A stretch of 64,000 nucleotides of DNA. Origin: an uncultured Parachlamydiaceae bacterium. Its GTDB lineage: Bacteria > Chlamydiota > Chlamydiia > Chlamydiales > Parachlamydiaceae. The position numbers and the translations under genes were made by a program. Location: assembly GCA_963742415.1 (NCBI GenBank), contig CAVULX010000003.1, positions 416,001-480,000 on the forward strand. Direction: 5' to 3'. How positions within the stretch are numbered: position 1 is the first letter of the stretch; the number at the start of each line of letters is the position of its first letter. Shown piece by piece: positions 10,127-21,107 of this stretch. Below the pieces are notes generated by a model, which had not been told where the DNA came from, searched no databases, and saw only the letters and a list, made by a program, of their open reading frames with translations.

Positions 10127-10780
10127 CTAAGCCGATGCTGCGGCTGCGAGTCTTTCAGCTACATTCTTCCAATTGATGATTCCCCAGATTGCTTTGAGAT
10201 AATCCGCTCTTGCATTCTTATATTGTAAATAATAAGCATGTTCCCAAACGTCAATACCTAAAAGAGGGACTAAGCCTGTTAATGGATCTTGGTTACTGCA
10301 TGTGACGATGTCGAGTCTTTTGCTGCTTTTGCAATATCCAAGCCATCCCCATCCCGATCCTTGAATAGCCACTGTTTTGGTGCTGAAATTTTCGATGAAT
10401 TTGTCCAATGAGCCCCATTGTTGGTTAATGGCTTCGCTCAATTTTCCTTGGGGTGGTTCCCCTCCCCCTTTATTTTTTGGCGCTAAGTTTGTCCAGAAAA
10501 TGCTATGGTTAATATGTCCCCCGCCATTAAATTTAATCGCAGGTTGCAAACTGATCAAGGCTTGCAAATCCCCTTTGCACTCTGCATCGCAATATTGTTC
10601 TAAAGCTTTATTTAAATTGGTCACATAACCTTGGTGATGCTTGTTGTAATGCAAATTCATAATTTCCGCGCTAATCACGGGTTCTAAGGCATTTAAATCG
10701 TAAGGCAACGGAGGCAATTGATAGGATAGTGCCTTAGATTTTTTATTTTCTTGATTTCCTGTCATACAACATTGTGTCAT
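10127..10780 (-). CDS. sodA: Superoxide dismutase (Mn/Fe family, Mn-like)
   Basis: [27 protein letters not shown] motifs. Confidence 0.93.
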   Translation of the reverse strand: MTQCCMTGNQENKKSKALSYQLPPLPYDLNALEPVISAEIMNLHYNKHHQGYVTNLNKALEQYCDAECKGDLQALISLQPAIKFNGGGHINHSIFWTNLAPKNKGGGEPPQGKLSEAINQQWGSLDKFIENFSTKTVAIQGSGWGWLGYCKSSKRLDIVTCSNQDPLTGLVPLLGIDVWEHAYYLQYKNARADYLKAIWGIINWKNVAERLAAAASA

Positions 10781-10910
10781 ACAAAACTTCTCCTTCTTTA
10801 TAATTTTCCATATAATAGTCGATAGGGGTAATCCCCAGTTTGAAACAACAGCACTAATTTAGCAACTGGTGTTTTCTGAAAAATCTTAAAGTCTGCTACA
10901 ATTTTCGATT

Positions 10911-11552
10911 ATGGATGAGTTTGTTCCTTTAACACCTATCAATTTTTTTCAAATTCAAACCGATTGTCTTCATTTAAAAACAGAATTTTCCAAATTGCCT
11001 CCTGCCGAATTCCGCAAATACCTGCTTCCCGATTTAACCCCTTTGTGCTCAGAAAATCCCTTTGCTGAAGTGGCTGTTGGGTGGAACCAAGAGGGCTTTC
11101 AAGCCTTTGTCACTGTCTCCCAACCCTATCGACATTGTTTTTATCCCGATGTTACCCGCGGAGACAGCGTCGAACTTTTCATCGACACCCGGGATGTCAA
11201 AACCTCCGGATTCAACACCCGTTTTTGCCACCATTTTTTCTTTTTGCCTGAGGCGATCGAAGGACATTATGCTGGGGAGATCACCCGTTTTCGTACAGAA
11301 GATACCCACGAGCTTTGCGACGCTAAAGAACTCAAAATTAAAACCAAGCTCAAAAATTCCACCTATTCAATGCAAATTTTCATTCCCAACCAATGCTTGC
11401 ATGGATATGATCCTGAACAATTTGACCGGTTAGGCTTTGCTTATCGAATTAACCGCCCTGATGGACCTCCCCAGCATTTTTCTGTGGTGACGAACGATTA
11501 TCAAATCGAACAGCAACCTTCATTATGGAGCAGCATGAGGTTATTGAAATGA
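10911..11552 (+). CDS. Conserved hypothetical protein (possible DOMON/CBM9-like fold)
   Basis: 213-aa ORF, GDSVELFIDTRD motif, translationally coupled to gcvT (ATGA overlap at 11549-11552). Confidence 0.7.
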   Translation: MDEFVPLTPINFFQIQTDCLHLKTEFSKLPPAEFRKYLLPDLTPLCSENPFAEVAVGWNQEGFQAFVTVSQPYRHCFYPDVTRGDSVELFIDTRDVKTSGFNTRFCHHFFFLPEAIEGHYAGEITRFRTEDTHELCDAKELKIKTKLKNSTYSMQIFIPNQCLHGYDPEQFDRLGFAYRINRPDGPPQHFSVVTNDYQIEQQPSLWSSMRLLK

Positions 11553-12661
11553 AAACAGCTTTATATGAGGAACATCTTGCCTTGGGCGCCAAGATGGTGA
11601 CATTTGCGGAATGGGAAATGCCGATCCATTACAAAGGGGTGATTGCTGAACATCTGGCTGTCCGGCAGCATGTGGGAATCTTTGATGTTTCCCATATGGG
11701 AAGGATCCTCATCAGCGGCGAAGAGGCGGAGCCTTTCTTAGATTATCTTTCAACCAATAAAATTGCGGGAAAGCCCGATTTATCAGCCGTCTACACCGTT
11801 TGGCCTGACATGTCCGGGGGAAGTGTCGATGATGTCATCGTCTACAAGGTCGATGACGCCCACTTTTTTGTGATTGTCAATGCTGCCAATAGAGAGAAAG
11901 ACCTTCATCACCTTCTAGAGCAAGGTCAAGTTTTCGACGTCGTAATCAAAGATCTATACAAAGAAGAGGGGATCCTTGCCATTCAAGGTCCCGATGCCAT
12001 TAAAGTGGCTCTAAAGATATTTCCTGAGGCCTCTAAAATCACTCCGATGCATTTTATCACCACGTCATACAAAGGTCATGCAGTCATCTTATCCGGCACA
12101 GGTTATACAGGCGCGGGGGGATTAGAGATCTATGCTCCAAGCCCCTGCATTGTAGAACTCTGGAAAAGGTTTTTGAAAGATGGAAAGGATGAAAAAATAG
12201 AACCTGCCGGCCTCGGAGCCAGGGACACACTCCGCCTCGAAATGGGATATGCCTTGTATGGACATGAGCTTTCCGATGCCATTGCCGCTAACGAAAGTGT
12301 TTCAGCCTGGACTGTCAAGTGGAATAAAGAGGATTTTCTAGGCAAAACTTTCATGCAACAATTAGAAGACAATCACTCTAAAAGATATCAGCATGGAATT
12401 ATTTTGCTTGATAAGGGAATTGCCAGGGAAGGATATAAAGTATATAAAAATGGAATTCCGATTGGAGATGTGACATCGGGTACCCATTCCCCCACATTAA
12501 ATAAAGCCATTGCTATTATATTAGTTTCGGAAGCTCTGCAAGAAGGGGATATTGTGGAGGTGGAAATCAGACAAAACCGTGCCCAAGCAGAGGTCGTCTC
12601 TTTGCCATTTTTGAAAATAAAAGCTTTATCACAAACCACTCACAAGGATAAGCAGCAATGA
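11549..12661 (+). CDS. gcvT: Glycine cleavage system aminomethyltransferase T
   Basis: FDVSHMG, TGYTG, GLGARDTLRLEMG motifs; start MKTALYEEH at 11549. Confidence 0.96.
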   Translation: MKTALYEEHLALGAKMVTFAEWEMPIHYKGVIAEHLAVRQHVGIFDVSHMGRILISGEEAEPFLDYLSTNKIAGKPDLSAVYTVWPDMSGGSVDDVIVYKVDDAHFFVIVNAANREKDLHHLLEQGQVFDVVIKDLYKEEGILAIQGPDAIKVALKIFPEASKITPMHFITTSYKGHAVILSGTGYTGAGGLEIYAPSPCIVELWKRFLKDGKDEKIEPAGLGARDTLRLEMGYALYGHELSDAIAANESVSAWTVKWNKEDFLGKTFMQQLEDNHSKRYQHGIILLDKGIAREGYKVYKNGIPIGDVTSGTHSPTLNKAIAIILVSEALQEGDIVEVEIRQNRAQAEVVSLPFLKIKALSQTTHKDKQQ

Positions 12662-13026
12662 AATTCACAGAAACCCATGAATGGATAAAAACATATGAAA
12701 ACGTCGGTACCATCGGTGTGACTAACTTTGCGCAAAAAGAACTTGGCGATATTGTCTACGTCGAACTTCCCAAAGTTGGGAAAATGGTTAAAAGCGGAGA
12801 AGAGATCGCTGTTCTGGAGTCAACCAAAGCCGCGGCTGATGTCTATTCTCCCGTTTCAGGCATCATTACAGAGATCAACCAAGTCCTTAACGTTTCTCCA
12901 GATCTCATTAACAAATCGGCAGAAGAAGAGGGATGGATCTGCAAAGTCAAGCTAAGCGACGAAAAAGAGCTCGATAGCCTGATGGACATCAAAATGTATC
13001 AAGCAAAAGTAGGTTCTCCTACATAA
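12658..13026 (+). CDS. gcvH: Glycine cleavage system H protein
   Basis: HEW, LGDIVYVELP, lipoyl-Lys motif LESTKAA. Confidence 0.96.
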   Translation: MKFTETHEWIKTYENVGTIGVTNFAQKELGDIVYVELPKVGKMVKSGEEIAVLESTKAAADVYSPVSGIITEINQVLNVSPDLINKSAEEEGWICKVKLSDEKELDSLMDIKMYQAKVGSPT

Positions 13027-13047
13027 AGAACACAGCTGTAGACATAC

Positions 13048-14391
13048 ATGGACTTTATTTCAAATAAAGAATCTCAAATCAAAGAAATGTTGGAAGCCCT
13101 CGGGGTTCGAACAATCGATGACCTTTTTCAAGTAGTTCCTGAAACCTTGCGCTTAGCTCCGCCTGCCGAAGATGATGGCTTAAGCGAATATGAAGGGATC
13201 TGCCTTCTTCAAGCTTTAGGCTCAAAAAATACCTACCCGCAATATGAGAATTATTTAGGCGCAGGGGCCTACGAGCATCATGTCCCAGCTCTTGTTCCTG
13301 CCATTTGCAGTAAATCTGAATTTTTAACTTCCTATACCCCTTATCAGCCTGAAGCTTCCCAAGGCATGCTTCAAACCATTTTTGAATTTCAATCTGCGAT
13401 TTGCGCCCTTACGGGGATGGATGTTTCCAATGCTTCATTGTACGATGGAGCTGCAGCTTGCGCTGAAGCGATGCTAATGGCTTTACGCCTAAAGAAAGAG
13501 CGCTCAAAAGTTTTGATTGGACGCTCTGTTCATCCCAACTATAGAGCTGTTGTAGAACAATACCTTGTCAGCCACAACACGCCCATTGAAACCATCCCTT
13601 TTTTGAAAAATGGGTCTATCGATCTCGCTAGATTAAATGAATTATTGGATGATCATACCGCAGCCATCCTTGTTCAATACCCCAACTTCTTAGGCATTGT
13701 AGAGGATCTCCGGCCTATCGCTGCTAAAGCTAAAGAGAAAGGATGTTTAACAATCATTTCTGCAAACCCTTTAGCCTATGGTTTGTTTGCTTCTGCTGCA
13801 GAACTTGGTGCAGATATAGCTGTCGGGGATGCCCAACCTTTTGGCCTCCCTTTGCAGTATGGGGGACCTTATGTCGGCTACATTGCGTGCAAGCAAGAGC
13901 TCGTGAGGCAGCTGCCAGGCAGAATTGCAGGGGAAACTGTCGACACTCTTGGCAGGCGGGGATTCGTTTTAACACTGCAGGCTCGGGAGCAACATATCCG
14001 GCGGGAAAAAGCCACTTCAAACATTTGCACAAATCAGGCTTTGGCAGCTTTGGCATGCCTTATAGGGATCTTATGGTATGGAAAAAACGGGGTCGGTCAA
14101 TTGTCCTTAACAAATTATCAACGGGCATCCTATTTAAAAGAAAAACTTGCCGCCATACCCGGAATTTCCCTTTTGGGGGAATTAACCACTTTTAACGAAT
14201 TCGTCGTCAAAGTGAACAGGCCTCTCGAGGAAGTGCAAAAGATTTTTAGACAAGAGAAAATCGAACCCGGCCTCGACTTAGGGCGATTTTATCCGGAATT
14301 AAATGAACATCTGCTTGTCTCTGTAACCGAAACAAAGTCGAAAGAACAGCTAGACCGGTATATCCGTGTTGCGCAGCAAGCTTTAGCCTAA
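13048..14391 (+). CDS. gcvPA: Glycine dehydrogenase subunit 1
   Basis: YTPYQPEASQG, NASLYDG, LQAREQHIRREKATSNICTNQ. Confidence 0.96.
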   Translation: MDFISNKESQIKEMLEALGVRTIDDLFQVVPETLRLAPPAEDDGLSEYEGICLLQALGSKNTYPQYENYLGAGAYEHHVPALVPAICSKSEFLTSYTPYQPEASQGMLQTIFEFQSAICALTGMDVSNASLYDGAAACAEAMLMALRLKKERSKVLIGRSVHPNYRAVVEQYLVSHNTPIETIPFLKNGSIDLARLNELLDDHTAAILVQYPNFLGIVEDLRPIAAKAKEKGCLTIISANPLAYGLFASAAELGADIAVGDAQPFGLPLQYGGPYVGYIACKQELVRQLPGRIAGETVDTLGRRGFVLTLQAREQHIRREKATSNICTNQALAALACLIGILWYGKNGVGQLSLTNYQRASYLKEKLAAIPGISLLGELTTFNEFVVKVNRPLEEVQKIFRQEKIEPGLDLGRFYPELNEHLLVSVTETKSKEQLDRYIRVAQQALA

Positions 14392-14417
14392 TTTGTTGAA
14401 TTTGAGAGAATATTTGC

Positions 14418-15860
14418 ATGACCAAAACCATTTTTGAAAAAAGCCAAGCTGGCCAACACGCCTATAGCCTCCCGAAAAGCGATCCTGAATTTGAAAAATT
14501 CCTGCCTCCTGCTTCCCTGCAGCGTAAAGAACCTCTTCATCTGCCGGAAGTGTCCGAAATCGATCTAACCCGCCATTTTTGCGCTCTCGCAAAACGAAAT
14601 ATGGGGATCGATACCAACTTTTACCCTTTGGGAAGCTGCACGATGAAACTGAATCCGCGGGTGAATGAGTGGGCGGCAGCTCTCCCCTCATTTTCAAAGA
14701 TGCACCCTCTAGCGCCAGAAGAAGCTTCTCAAGGCAACTTACAAATTATCTTTGAACTGATCGCAATCCTTTGCGAAGTGTGCGGCATGACCGCCGGCTC
14801 CCTCCTTCCCAACGCAGGAGCCCAAGGGGAATTCACCGGGATCCGGATGATCGCCGAATATCATCGCAAGCAAGGGCAGACAGGCAGGCGTGAAATGTTA
14901 ATACCCGACAACGCCCATGGAACAAATCCTGCAACCGCCGCTATGGCGGGCTTCATCACAATTCCCATCCGCACAAATCTTCAAGGGGATATGGACCTTA
15001 ACCATTTGTGCAGCACGGTTTCAGATAGGACAGCCGGATTGATGTTAACAAATCCAAATACAATGGGTTTGTTCAGCCCCGCCATCATAGAGATCGCTGC
15101 GATGATCCACAAAAGCGGAGGCTTATTGTTTTACGATGGCGCCAACCTCAACCCAATGCTAAATGTCGTCCGCCCTGGAGACATGGGATTTGATGTGATG
15201 CATATCAATTTGCATAAAACATTTTCTACTCCCCATGGGGGAGGAGGACCAGGGTCAGGTCCTGTTTTGTGCAATGAAAAATTAAAAGAGTTTCTTCCGG
15301 TTCCCCGGGTGGAAAAAGGGGATCCTTTTTACCGTCTAATCTGGAATGATCCGTCGAGCATCGGGAAAATAGCTTCTTTCCATGGCAACTTTGGGATTTA
15401 TCTGAGGGCTTATTTGTATGCTAAACTTCATGGCCGCTATGGATTGAGGCGTATCGCTGAAATGGCGGTATTGAATGCCAATTATTTAAAAAAGGCGTGC
15501 GGCGAATTATTTACACTGCCTTATCCGCAAACTTGCATGCACGAGTTTGTCGTCCAAGCAGATAATTACCTTAACAAAGGCGTTCGTGCTCTAGATATTG
15601 CAAAACGCCTTTTAGATTACGGTGTGCATGCACCTACAGTCTATTTTCCCTTAATTGTCAAAGAATGCATGCTGATCGAGCCTACGGAAAGCGAATCCAA
15701 AGCAACGTTGGATGCTTTCATTGATATTTTGAAGAAAATTGTACGAGAGATCCAAGAAAATCCCGACCTTGTCAAAACAGCCCCCCATACTATGCCTGTC
15801 ACCAGGCTCGATGAAGCCTTAGCTGCCCGAAAGCCTGTGCTTAAGCATCAAACGGATTAA
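14418..15860 (+). CDS. gcvPB: Glycine dehydrogenase subunit 2
   Basis: PLGSCTMK, AHGTNPA, HINLHKTFSTPHGGGGPG (PLP Lys), EPTESE. Confidence 0.96.
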   Translation: MTKTIFEKSQAGQHAYSLPKSDPEFEKFLPPASLQRKEPLHLPEVSEIDLTRHFCALAKRNMGIDTNFYPLGSCTMKLNPRVNEWAAALPSFSKMHPLAPEEASQGNLQIIFELIAILCEVCGMTAGSLLPNAGAQGEFTGIRMIAEYHRKQGQTGRREMLIPDNAHGTNPATAAMAGFITIPIRTNLQGDMDLNHLCSTVSDRTAGLMLTNPNTMGLFSPAIIEIAAMIHKSGGLLFYDGANLNPMLNVVRPGDMGFDVMHINLHKTFSTPHGGGGPGSGPVLCNEKLKEFLPVPRVEKGDPFYRLIWNDPSSIGKIASFHGNFGIYLRAYLYAKLHGRYGLRRIAEMAVLNANYLKKACGELFTLPYPQTCMHEFVVQADNYLNKGVRALDIAKRLLDYGVHAPTVYFPLIVKECMLIEPTESESKATLDAFIDILKKIVREIQENPDLVKTAPHTMPVTRLDEALAARKPVLKHQTD

Positions 15861-16095
15861 GCGCAAAATTTCCTGTTCAAATGACAACATTTTTTAAAAA
15901 ATTATTTCACTAGGTTTTCCATTCGTTCTTCTCTGGGCAAATGCAAGTAAAAATTGTAAATAAATTTTTATAAAAAGTTTGAAAATAAATTATTTTTTAA
16001 GTTATGAAAAATAAAGAAACAATGCGCATTTATAGAAACTCAAAGTTCAGGTTAGAAAGGCAAAAAATCAGAAATTTATAAATAAGGGGGGAAAC

Positions 16096-17160
16096 ATGAA
16101 CATTTTACATAAATTAGCTATCGCAGCTATATCCAGTGCGATCCTTGTTTTGACAACTGCGTTTATACCAATCAACGACGGTCACAACGAAGGCCGTTTT
16201 GGCTACGTGACAAACTTTGGAGATGGCACTGTCTCCGTTGTTGATTTAATAGCAGGCGAAATAGTGCAAACAATTCCTACAGGCTCAGGAGCAGCCGGCA
16301 TTGCAAATGTCCCTAACCGAAACAAAATGTTTGTGGCCAACCAATTAGAAGGTACGGTCACAGTGATCGATACCACCACGAACTTTGCACACGATATTTT
16401 CAACGACTCACTTAGCTCGCCCGTAGCCTGTACCCTCACACCTGATCACCGCAAAATGTGGGTCACTTTGGCGACTAAAAACACGAGCGGCGCTAATGGA
16501 CCCGATGCTCCTGGTGCAATAGCAATATTCGACGTGTGCACTGAAGCATTTGAAGAGTTTATTTCCCTCGATGCGCCTTTTTCATACCCTGTGGACGTCC
16601 AATTTGCAGGCGGTCATTTTGCTTATGTCGTCGATATGTTCAATCTCAATCCCTCTGAGGGCGGCGATCTTGCTGTAATTGACACGAATTCAAAAACCAT
16701 CATAAATCATATTTCAGTCGATATCGGCAGCAAACCGACAAGTATTGCGCCACTGCCAAACGGCAAGACCCTTTATGTGACCGGATCAGACACTTTTCGG
16801 ATAGTTGCCGTAGATGCCAATACCGGTGATCTTACCCCGATTCCAACTGAATTTGGCTCGCAACAGGTCGTCAGGAACATCAATGGAAAATTTGTCTGGT
16901 GTGCAAATCTTGGCGGCACCGTCGCGAAAATTGACACCAGCACAAACACAGTGGCGGTTGCTATCCCTGTGGATGGAGCTCCGATTGGCATTACACTTAG
17001 CCCAGACGAGAAAACGATTTACAGCTTAAACGTGGGAAATGCCACCATTTCTGCAATTGATACAAAAAGTAATGTGGTGTTGAGGACATTCAGCATAGGC
17101 TCGGCTACCACCCTTCCAATCGAAATGGCAATTTTACAAAGACAACCAGTTCAACCTTAA
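16096..17160 (+). CDS. Secreted YncE/YVTN beta-propeller repeat protein
   Basis: Signal peptide; YVTNFGDGTVSVVD and repeated ~40-aa blades. Confidence 0.85.
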   Translation: MNILHKLAIAAISSAILVLTTAFIPINDGHNEGRFGYVTNFGDGTVSVVDLIAGEIVQTIPTGSGAAGIANVPNRNKMFVANQLEGTVTVIDTTTNFAHDIFNDSLSSPVACTLTPDHRKMWVTLATKNTSGANGPDAPGAIAIFDVCTEAFEEFISLDAPFSYPVDVQFAGGHFAYVVDMFNLNPSEGGDLAVIDTNSKTIINHISVDIGSKPTSIAPLPNGKTLYVTGSDTFRIVAVDANTGDLTPIPTEFGSQQVVRNINGKFVWCANLGGTVAKIDTSTNTVAVAIPVDGAPIGITLSPDEKTIYSLNVGNATISAIDTKSNVVLRTFSIGSATTLPIEMAILQRQPVQP

Positions 17161-17186
17161 TTTGAACTCGCAGATTTGCCTGACTG

Positions 17187-17224
17187 GTGCGGCTTCTTTT
17201 CGAAGAAGCCGCACTTCTTCTTTT
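17187..17224 (+). terminator. Rho-independent terminator
   Basis: GTGCGGCTTCTT-TTCG-AAGAAGCCGCAC followed by a T-rich tract. Confidence 0.8.
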
Positions 17225-17351
17225 CACCTGTTTTTTTAAGGTTTTAATCCAGCGCAGAGATTCGAGATGCGGCTCTCATTTCTCTTTTTTTTTTGACGTA
17301 ATTGGGCTATTATATACTACGAAATTAACGTACGAATTTTAGAGTTTTATT

Positions 17352-19280
17352 ATGTTTGTTTTTTTAAAAGATAATAACAAAATCGATTTGCCAAACGGCG
17401 CCACTGCCAAAGATTTAGCCGACAAGTTAAACTTGAAAGGTCCCCACCAGGCTGTAGGGGTCAACATCAATGGAAAAAACTGCGATTTGTCTTCTTTTCT
17501 TGAAGAGGGAGACAAAGTTATTTTTTGGAATTTTGAGGATGCTCAGGGCCGTGAAGTTTTCTGGCACACATCCGCGCACGTTCTTGCTCAAGCTATCCTC
17601 CGCCTCTGGCCCGATGCCCAACCCACTATCGGCCCCCCCATTGAAAACGGTTTCTACTACGATTTTGCCAATTTAAACATTTCCGATGCCGACTTCGGCC
17701 GCATTGAAGAAGAAATGCAAAAAATTACAGAGGAAAATTACTTATCAAAAAAGGAATCTTTTAGCAATAAGGAAGAAGCCCTCAAAGCATTTTCCCACAA
17801 TCCCTACAAAGTTGAACTCATCCAAGGATTCGAGCCAAGTTCTCCCCTCACAGGCTACCGTCAAGGAGAATTCTTCGACCTCTGCCGCGGCCCCCACCTA
17901 TTCAATCTAGGCAAAATCAAAGCAATCAAAGTGATGAAGACTTCTGGAGCCTATTGGAAAGGGGATCCGGAACGTGAAATGTTAACCCGCATTTACGCAG
18001 TTACTTTCCCCGACCGGAAACTTTTAAAAGAATATCTTCATCAACTTGAAGAAGCAAAAAAGCGGGACCATAAAATCCTCGGCCCTAAGCTGGACCTTTT
18101 TTCCCTCAAAGAAGAAGCTCCAGGGATGCCTTTCATCCACCCTAAAGGGATGTATGTATGGAACCAACTCCTCGTCTATCTGCGTGAACTTCTCGAAAAA
18201 AACAATTACGTGGAGATAAAAACACCAGGCCTTATGGTGCGAGACTTATGGGAAAGGTCTGGACACTGGGCCAACTACCGCGACCACATGTTCACTTCTG
18301 AAATTGAAGAACGTGAATATGCGATCAAACCGATGAACTGCCCTGGATGCATGCTGTACTATAAAACATATATCCATAGCTATCGGGAGCTCCCCTTGAG
18401 AGTGGCTGAGATCGGTAATGTCCATCGTTACGAGCCCTCAGGAGCCCTTTCAGGTCTTTTCCGTGTCCGGAGCTTCCATCAGGATGATGCCCACATTTTT
18501 ATGAAACCTTCTGATATTCAAAGTGAGATTCTCGCCGTTTTACAATTCGCCGATGAACTTTACTCCACTTTCGGCCTCGATTATCATCTTGAACTTTCCA
18601 CTCGCCCTGAAAAAAATACCATCGGTACCGACGAAGAATGGGAAAATGCTACAATAGGATTAAAAGGGGCTCTAGACTCCACTCAAAGACCTTACAAGAT
18701 TAATGAAGGGGATGGAGCTTTCTATGGTCCTAAAATCGATCTACACATCCGCGATGCGATCAACCGCACTTGGCAATGCGCCACAATCCAGCTTGACATG
18801 GCTCTGCCGGATCGATTTGAACTTGAATACACCGCTCCCGATGGGACACGCAAACGTCCAGTCATGATCCATCGAACAATTTATGGCTCCATCGAACGTT
18901 TTTTTGGGATCTTAATCGAACACTTTGCCGGCCGGTTTCCCCTCTGGCTAAGCCCTTCACAAATTCGGATTTTAACTGTTGCAGACCGGCATCAGCCTTA
19001 TGCCGATGCAGTTGCCGCCAAAGTCAAGAAGGCAGGATATAATGTCGAAGTGGACCACGCTCAAGAATCTGTAAGCAAAAAGGTGCGCAATGCTCAGTTA
19101 GCGCAAGTGAATTACATTTTGACTGTCGGCGACCAGGAGCTTGAACAGCAAAATATCTCCTTGCGGACAAGGGAAAATCTCGTTGTAGGCGCCCTTCCTT
19201 TGGAGCAATTTCTGCAAACGATTGAGCAGGAAAGAAATAGCCGCCGCCTCATTTCCCCCTACCATAAGCAGGCGCCCTGA
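17352..19280 (+). CDS. thrS: Threonine--tRNA ligase
   Basis: TGS domain, [30 protein letters not shown] motifs. Confidence 0.98.
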   Translation: MFVFLKDNNKIDLPNGATAKDLADKLNLKGPHQAVGVNINGKNCDLSSFLEEGDKVIFWNFEDAQGREVFWHTSAHVLAQAILRLWPDAQPTIGPPIENGFYYDFANLNISDADFGRIEEEMQKITEENYLSKKESFSNKEEALKAFSHNPYKVELIQGFEPSSPLTGYRQGEFFDLCRGPHLFNLGKIKAIKVMKTSGAYWKGDPEREMLTRIYAVTFPDRKLLKEYLHQLEEAKKRDHKILGPKLDLFSLKEEAPGMPFIHPKGMYVWNQLLVYLRELLEKNNYVEIKTPGLMVRDLWERSGHWANYRDHMFTSEIEEREYAIKPMNCPGCMLYYKTYIHSYRELPLRVAEIGNVHRYEPSGALSGLFRVRSFHQDDAHIFMKPSDIQSEILAVLQFADELYSTFGLDYHLELSTRPEKNTIGTDEEWENATIGLKGALDSTQRPYKINEGDGAFYGPKIDLHIRDAINRTWQCATIQLDMALPDRFELEYTAPDGTRKRPVMIHRTIYGSIERFFGILIEHFAGRFPLWLSPSQIRILTVADRHQPYADAVAAKVKKAGYNVEVDHAQESVSKKVRNAQLAQVNYILTVGDQELEQQNISLRTRENLVVGALPLEQFLQTIEQERNSRRLISPYHKQAP

Positions 19281-19320
19281 TGAAGTCGATGCTGATTTAA
19301 CATCTATGTCTACAAAAAAA

Positions 19321-19519
19321 AATTATGTCGTCCCTACAGGACTCCGTTTTTTTTGCATTTTACCCAGGCCTTCGCTTCGCTACGACCTGGGCTATAACAT
19401 TTCGGCCTTTCAGGCCGTTTTCAGCGCCGAAGGCGCGGAATATCATAGCCCAGGTCGTAGCGAAGCGAAGGCCTGGGTAAAATGCAAAAAAAACGGAGTC
19501 CTGTAGGGACGACATAATT
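19321..19519. repeat. REPIN/MITE-like long palindromic element
   Basis: Perfect 75-bp inverted arms (19321-19395 / 19445-19519) with internal REP-like hairpins (GTCCCTACAGGAC; CCCAGG...CCTGGG). Confidence 0.85.
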
Positions 19520-19668
19520 ACGGAGGACAGGTTTCCGGTTAAAATTTGCAAGCTTTTGATAGTGAAAGGGTCAATTCCTTTCAAATTTCTTTAGGTTTAA
19601 AATGCCTCTATAGGCAGATGTTAAGCGGAAATCCTGGTTAATTCAGCATCGACGATGAATTGTAAGCT

Positions 19669-20997
19669 TTAAGATCCTTCTTTTTTCTTTCCTTTAGGGT
19701 CTTCAATAGAACCAGTACCAGTTAAAGCAGAAGCCGCATGATTGCGGGGGGGTAATATAAGCTCCTTATATAAATCCCATTCCTCTTTCGTCTCTTTCTT
19801 TCTTTTGTTGTAAATATAATTGTAGTTTTGTATATTTTTTTTGATAAAATTTTTACATATCTTTCTAAGCTTGCCTTCCTTTTTATTAATCGCTTTCTTA
19901 AGAATAACATTAAAATTATCAATGTTGATTTGTGCAGCCAAATATTCAAAACATGCCTCCTCAAGGCCTGTATAATCAAAATCCAGTGCAGTATCAATGA
20001 TTGTAAAAATCTGCTCGACAGGCCTATCTCTTAACAAATCTTTAGAGGTATGGAATCCGGGATGAGCTTTAAAAAACCACTTACAGACGTCTATAAGTCC
20101 TTGATGATTGATTGTATTGGCGGCTATTGCAATATCCAAAATAGCTTGAAGGCTTGGAGGAGCCTCCTTTTTTTCTACACAAATGATTTGTTCCAAAGAC
20201 TTGGCGCATTGAGCTTTAAGAGCCTCGATTTGTGAAGCGTTGGCGCCCAGTAATAAATCTATAGTTTTATATGGATCTTTCAAAAAATTTTCGTCTACCT
20301 GTCCCGTATATAGATGCCTCATAAGTTCATGAAAGGTTTTTGTTGAGTGTACAAAATTAAAAGGAATGGGTTCTTTCGATTTGGCTTCTTTCATTTCTCC
20401 TGTAAACATGGCACGAAAAAAATGAGAAGCCATTTGTAAAGGAAACTTATGGGCGCCAACCACCTCTTTGTTTACTTTAAAATTTACATCTGTGTAAGTT
20501 TGAGTTGTATATTGTTGCCAATATAATTCCATATAATTAAATGATTTCGGTACCTCAGGCAATAAGGGTTTTGGATTTAAATAACGATTTTCTGCCTTCC
20601 AGGAAATGATGACCTTAAATTCAGCACCCTTAATCTGGGTTGAACTCGCTATTTCACGCTGTTTTAAAAGTATAGGAGCTATAGCCTTGTTAATTCCTTC
20701 GCACGCCTGAGCTTCTGACTCATCCCCTTTTGGAAGTCTATATTGGCTAAAACTTGACTTGAATTCTTCCTTATTGACTTCAGTCGATTGAGCGCCTAAA
20801 TCTGCAGCTCCTTTAGCCTTATCAAGAAGAAAATTGCTAATGCTAGCAGCTACCTTCGCAACTGTTTCATCAAATGTAAGATTATTAAAGCCTATAATAT
20901 GCTGCCTTAACCTTTTTATCAGGTCATCCTGATAAAATTCACCCTCCTGCAAATAAAAATTATTCGAGATTGAACGTGAATGACTGCATCCTTCCAT
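19669..20997 (-). CDS. BTB/POZ domain protein (paralogue 1), candidate effector
   Basis: TDVNFKV...AHKFPLQMASHFFRAMFTGEMKE...LMRHLYTG BTB signature; start MEG at 20997 after GGAGG RBS. Confidence 0.88.
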   Translation of the reverse strand: MEGCSHSRSISNNFYLQEGEFYQDDLIKRLRQHIIGFNNLTFDETVAKVAASISNFLLDKAKGAADLGAQSTEVNKEEFKSSFSQYRLPKGDESEAQACEGINKAIAPILLKQREIASSTQIKGAEFKVIISWKAENRYLNPKPLLPEVPKSFNYMELYWQQYTTQTYTDVNFKVNKEVVGAHKFPLQMASHFFRAMFTGEMKEAKSKEPIPFNFVHSTKTFHELMRHLYTGQVDENFLKDPYKTIDLLLGANASQIEALKAQCAKSLEQIICVEKKEAPPSLQAILDIAIAANTINHQGLIDVCKWFFKAHPGFHTSKDLLRDRPVEQIFTIIDTALDFDYTGLEEACFEYLAAQINIDNFNVILKKAINKKEGKLRKICKNFIKKNIQNYNYIYNKRKKETKEEWDLYKELILPPRNHAASALTGTGSIEDPKGKKKEGS

Positions 20998-21107
20998 CTT
21001 ATCCTCCAATTGTTAAAAACAATTTTACAAAGGTAAGCTCCAAATTCCAATTTTTGAGTCATGTTCGGTATAACATAACAAAGAGGTGTTCACAAATCTG
21101 TTAATGT

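Noticed and set aside
19222-19584. ORFs 19222-19506 (+) and 19360-19584 (-)
   Set aside because: They are read through the palindromic repeat and have no protein-like features.
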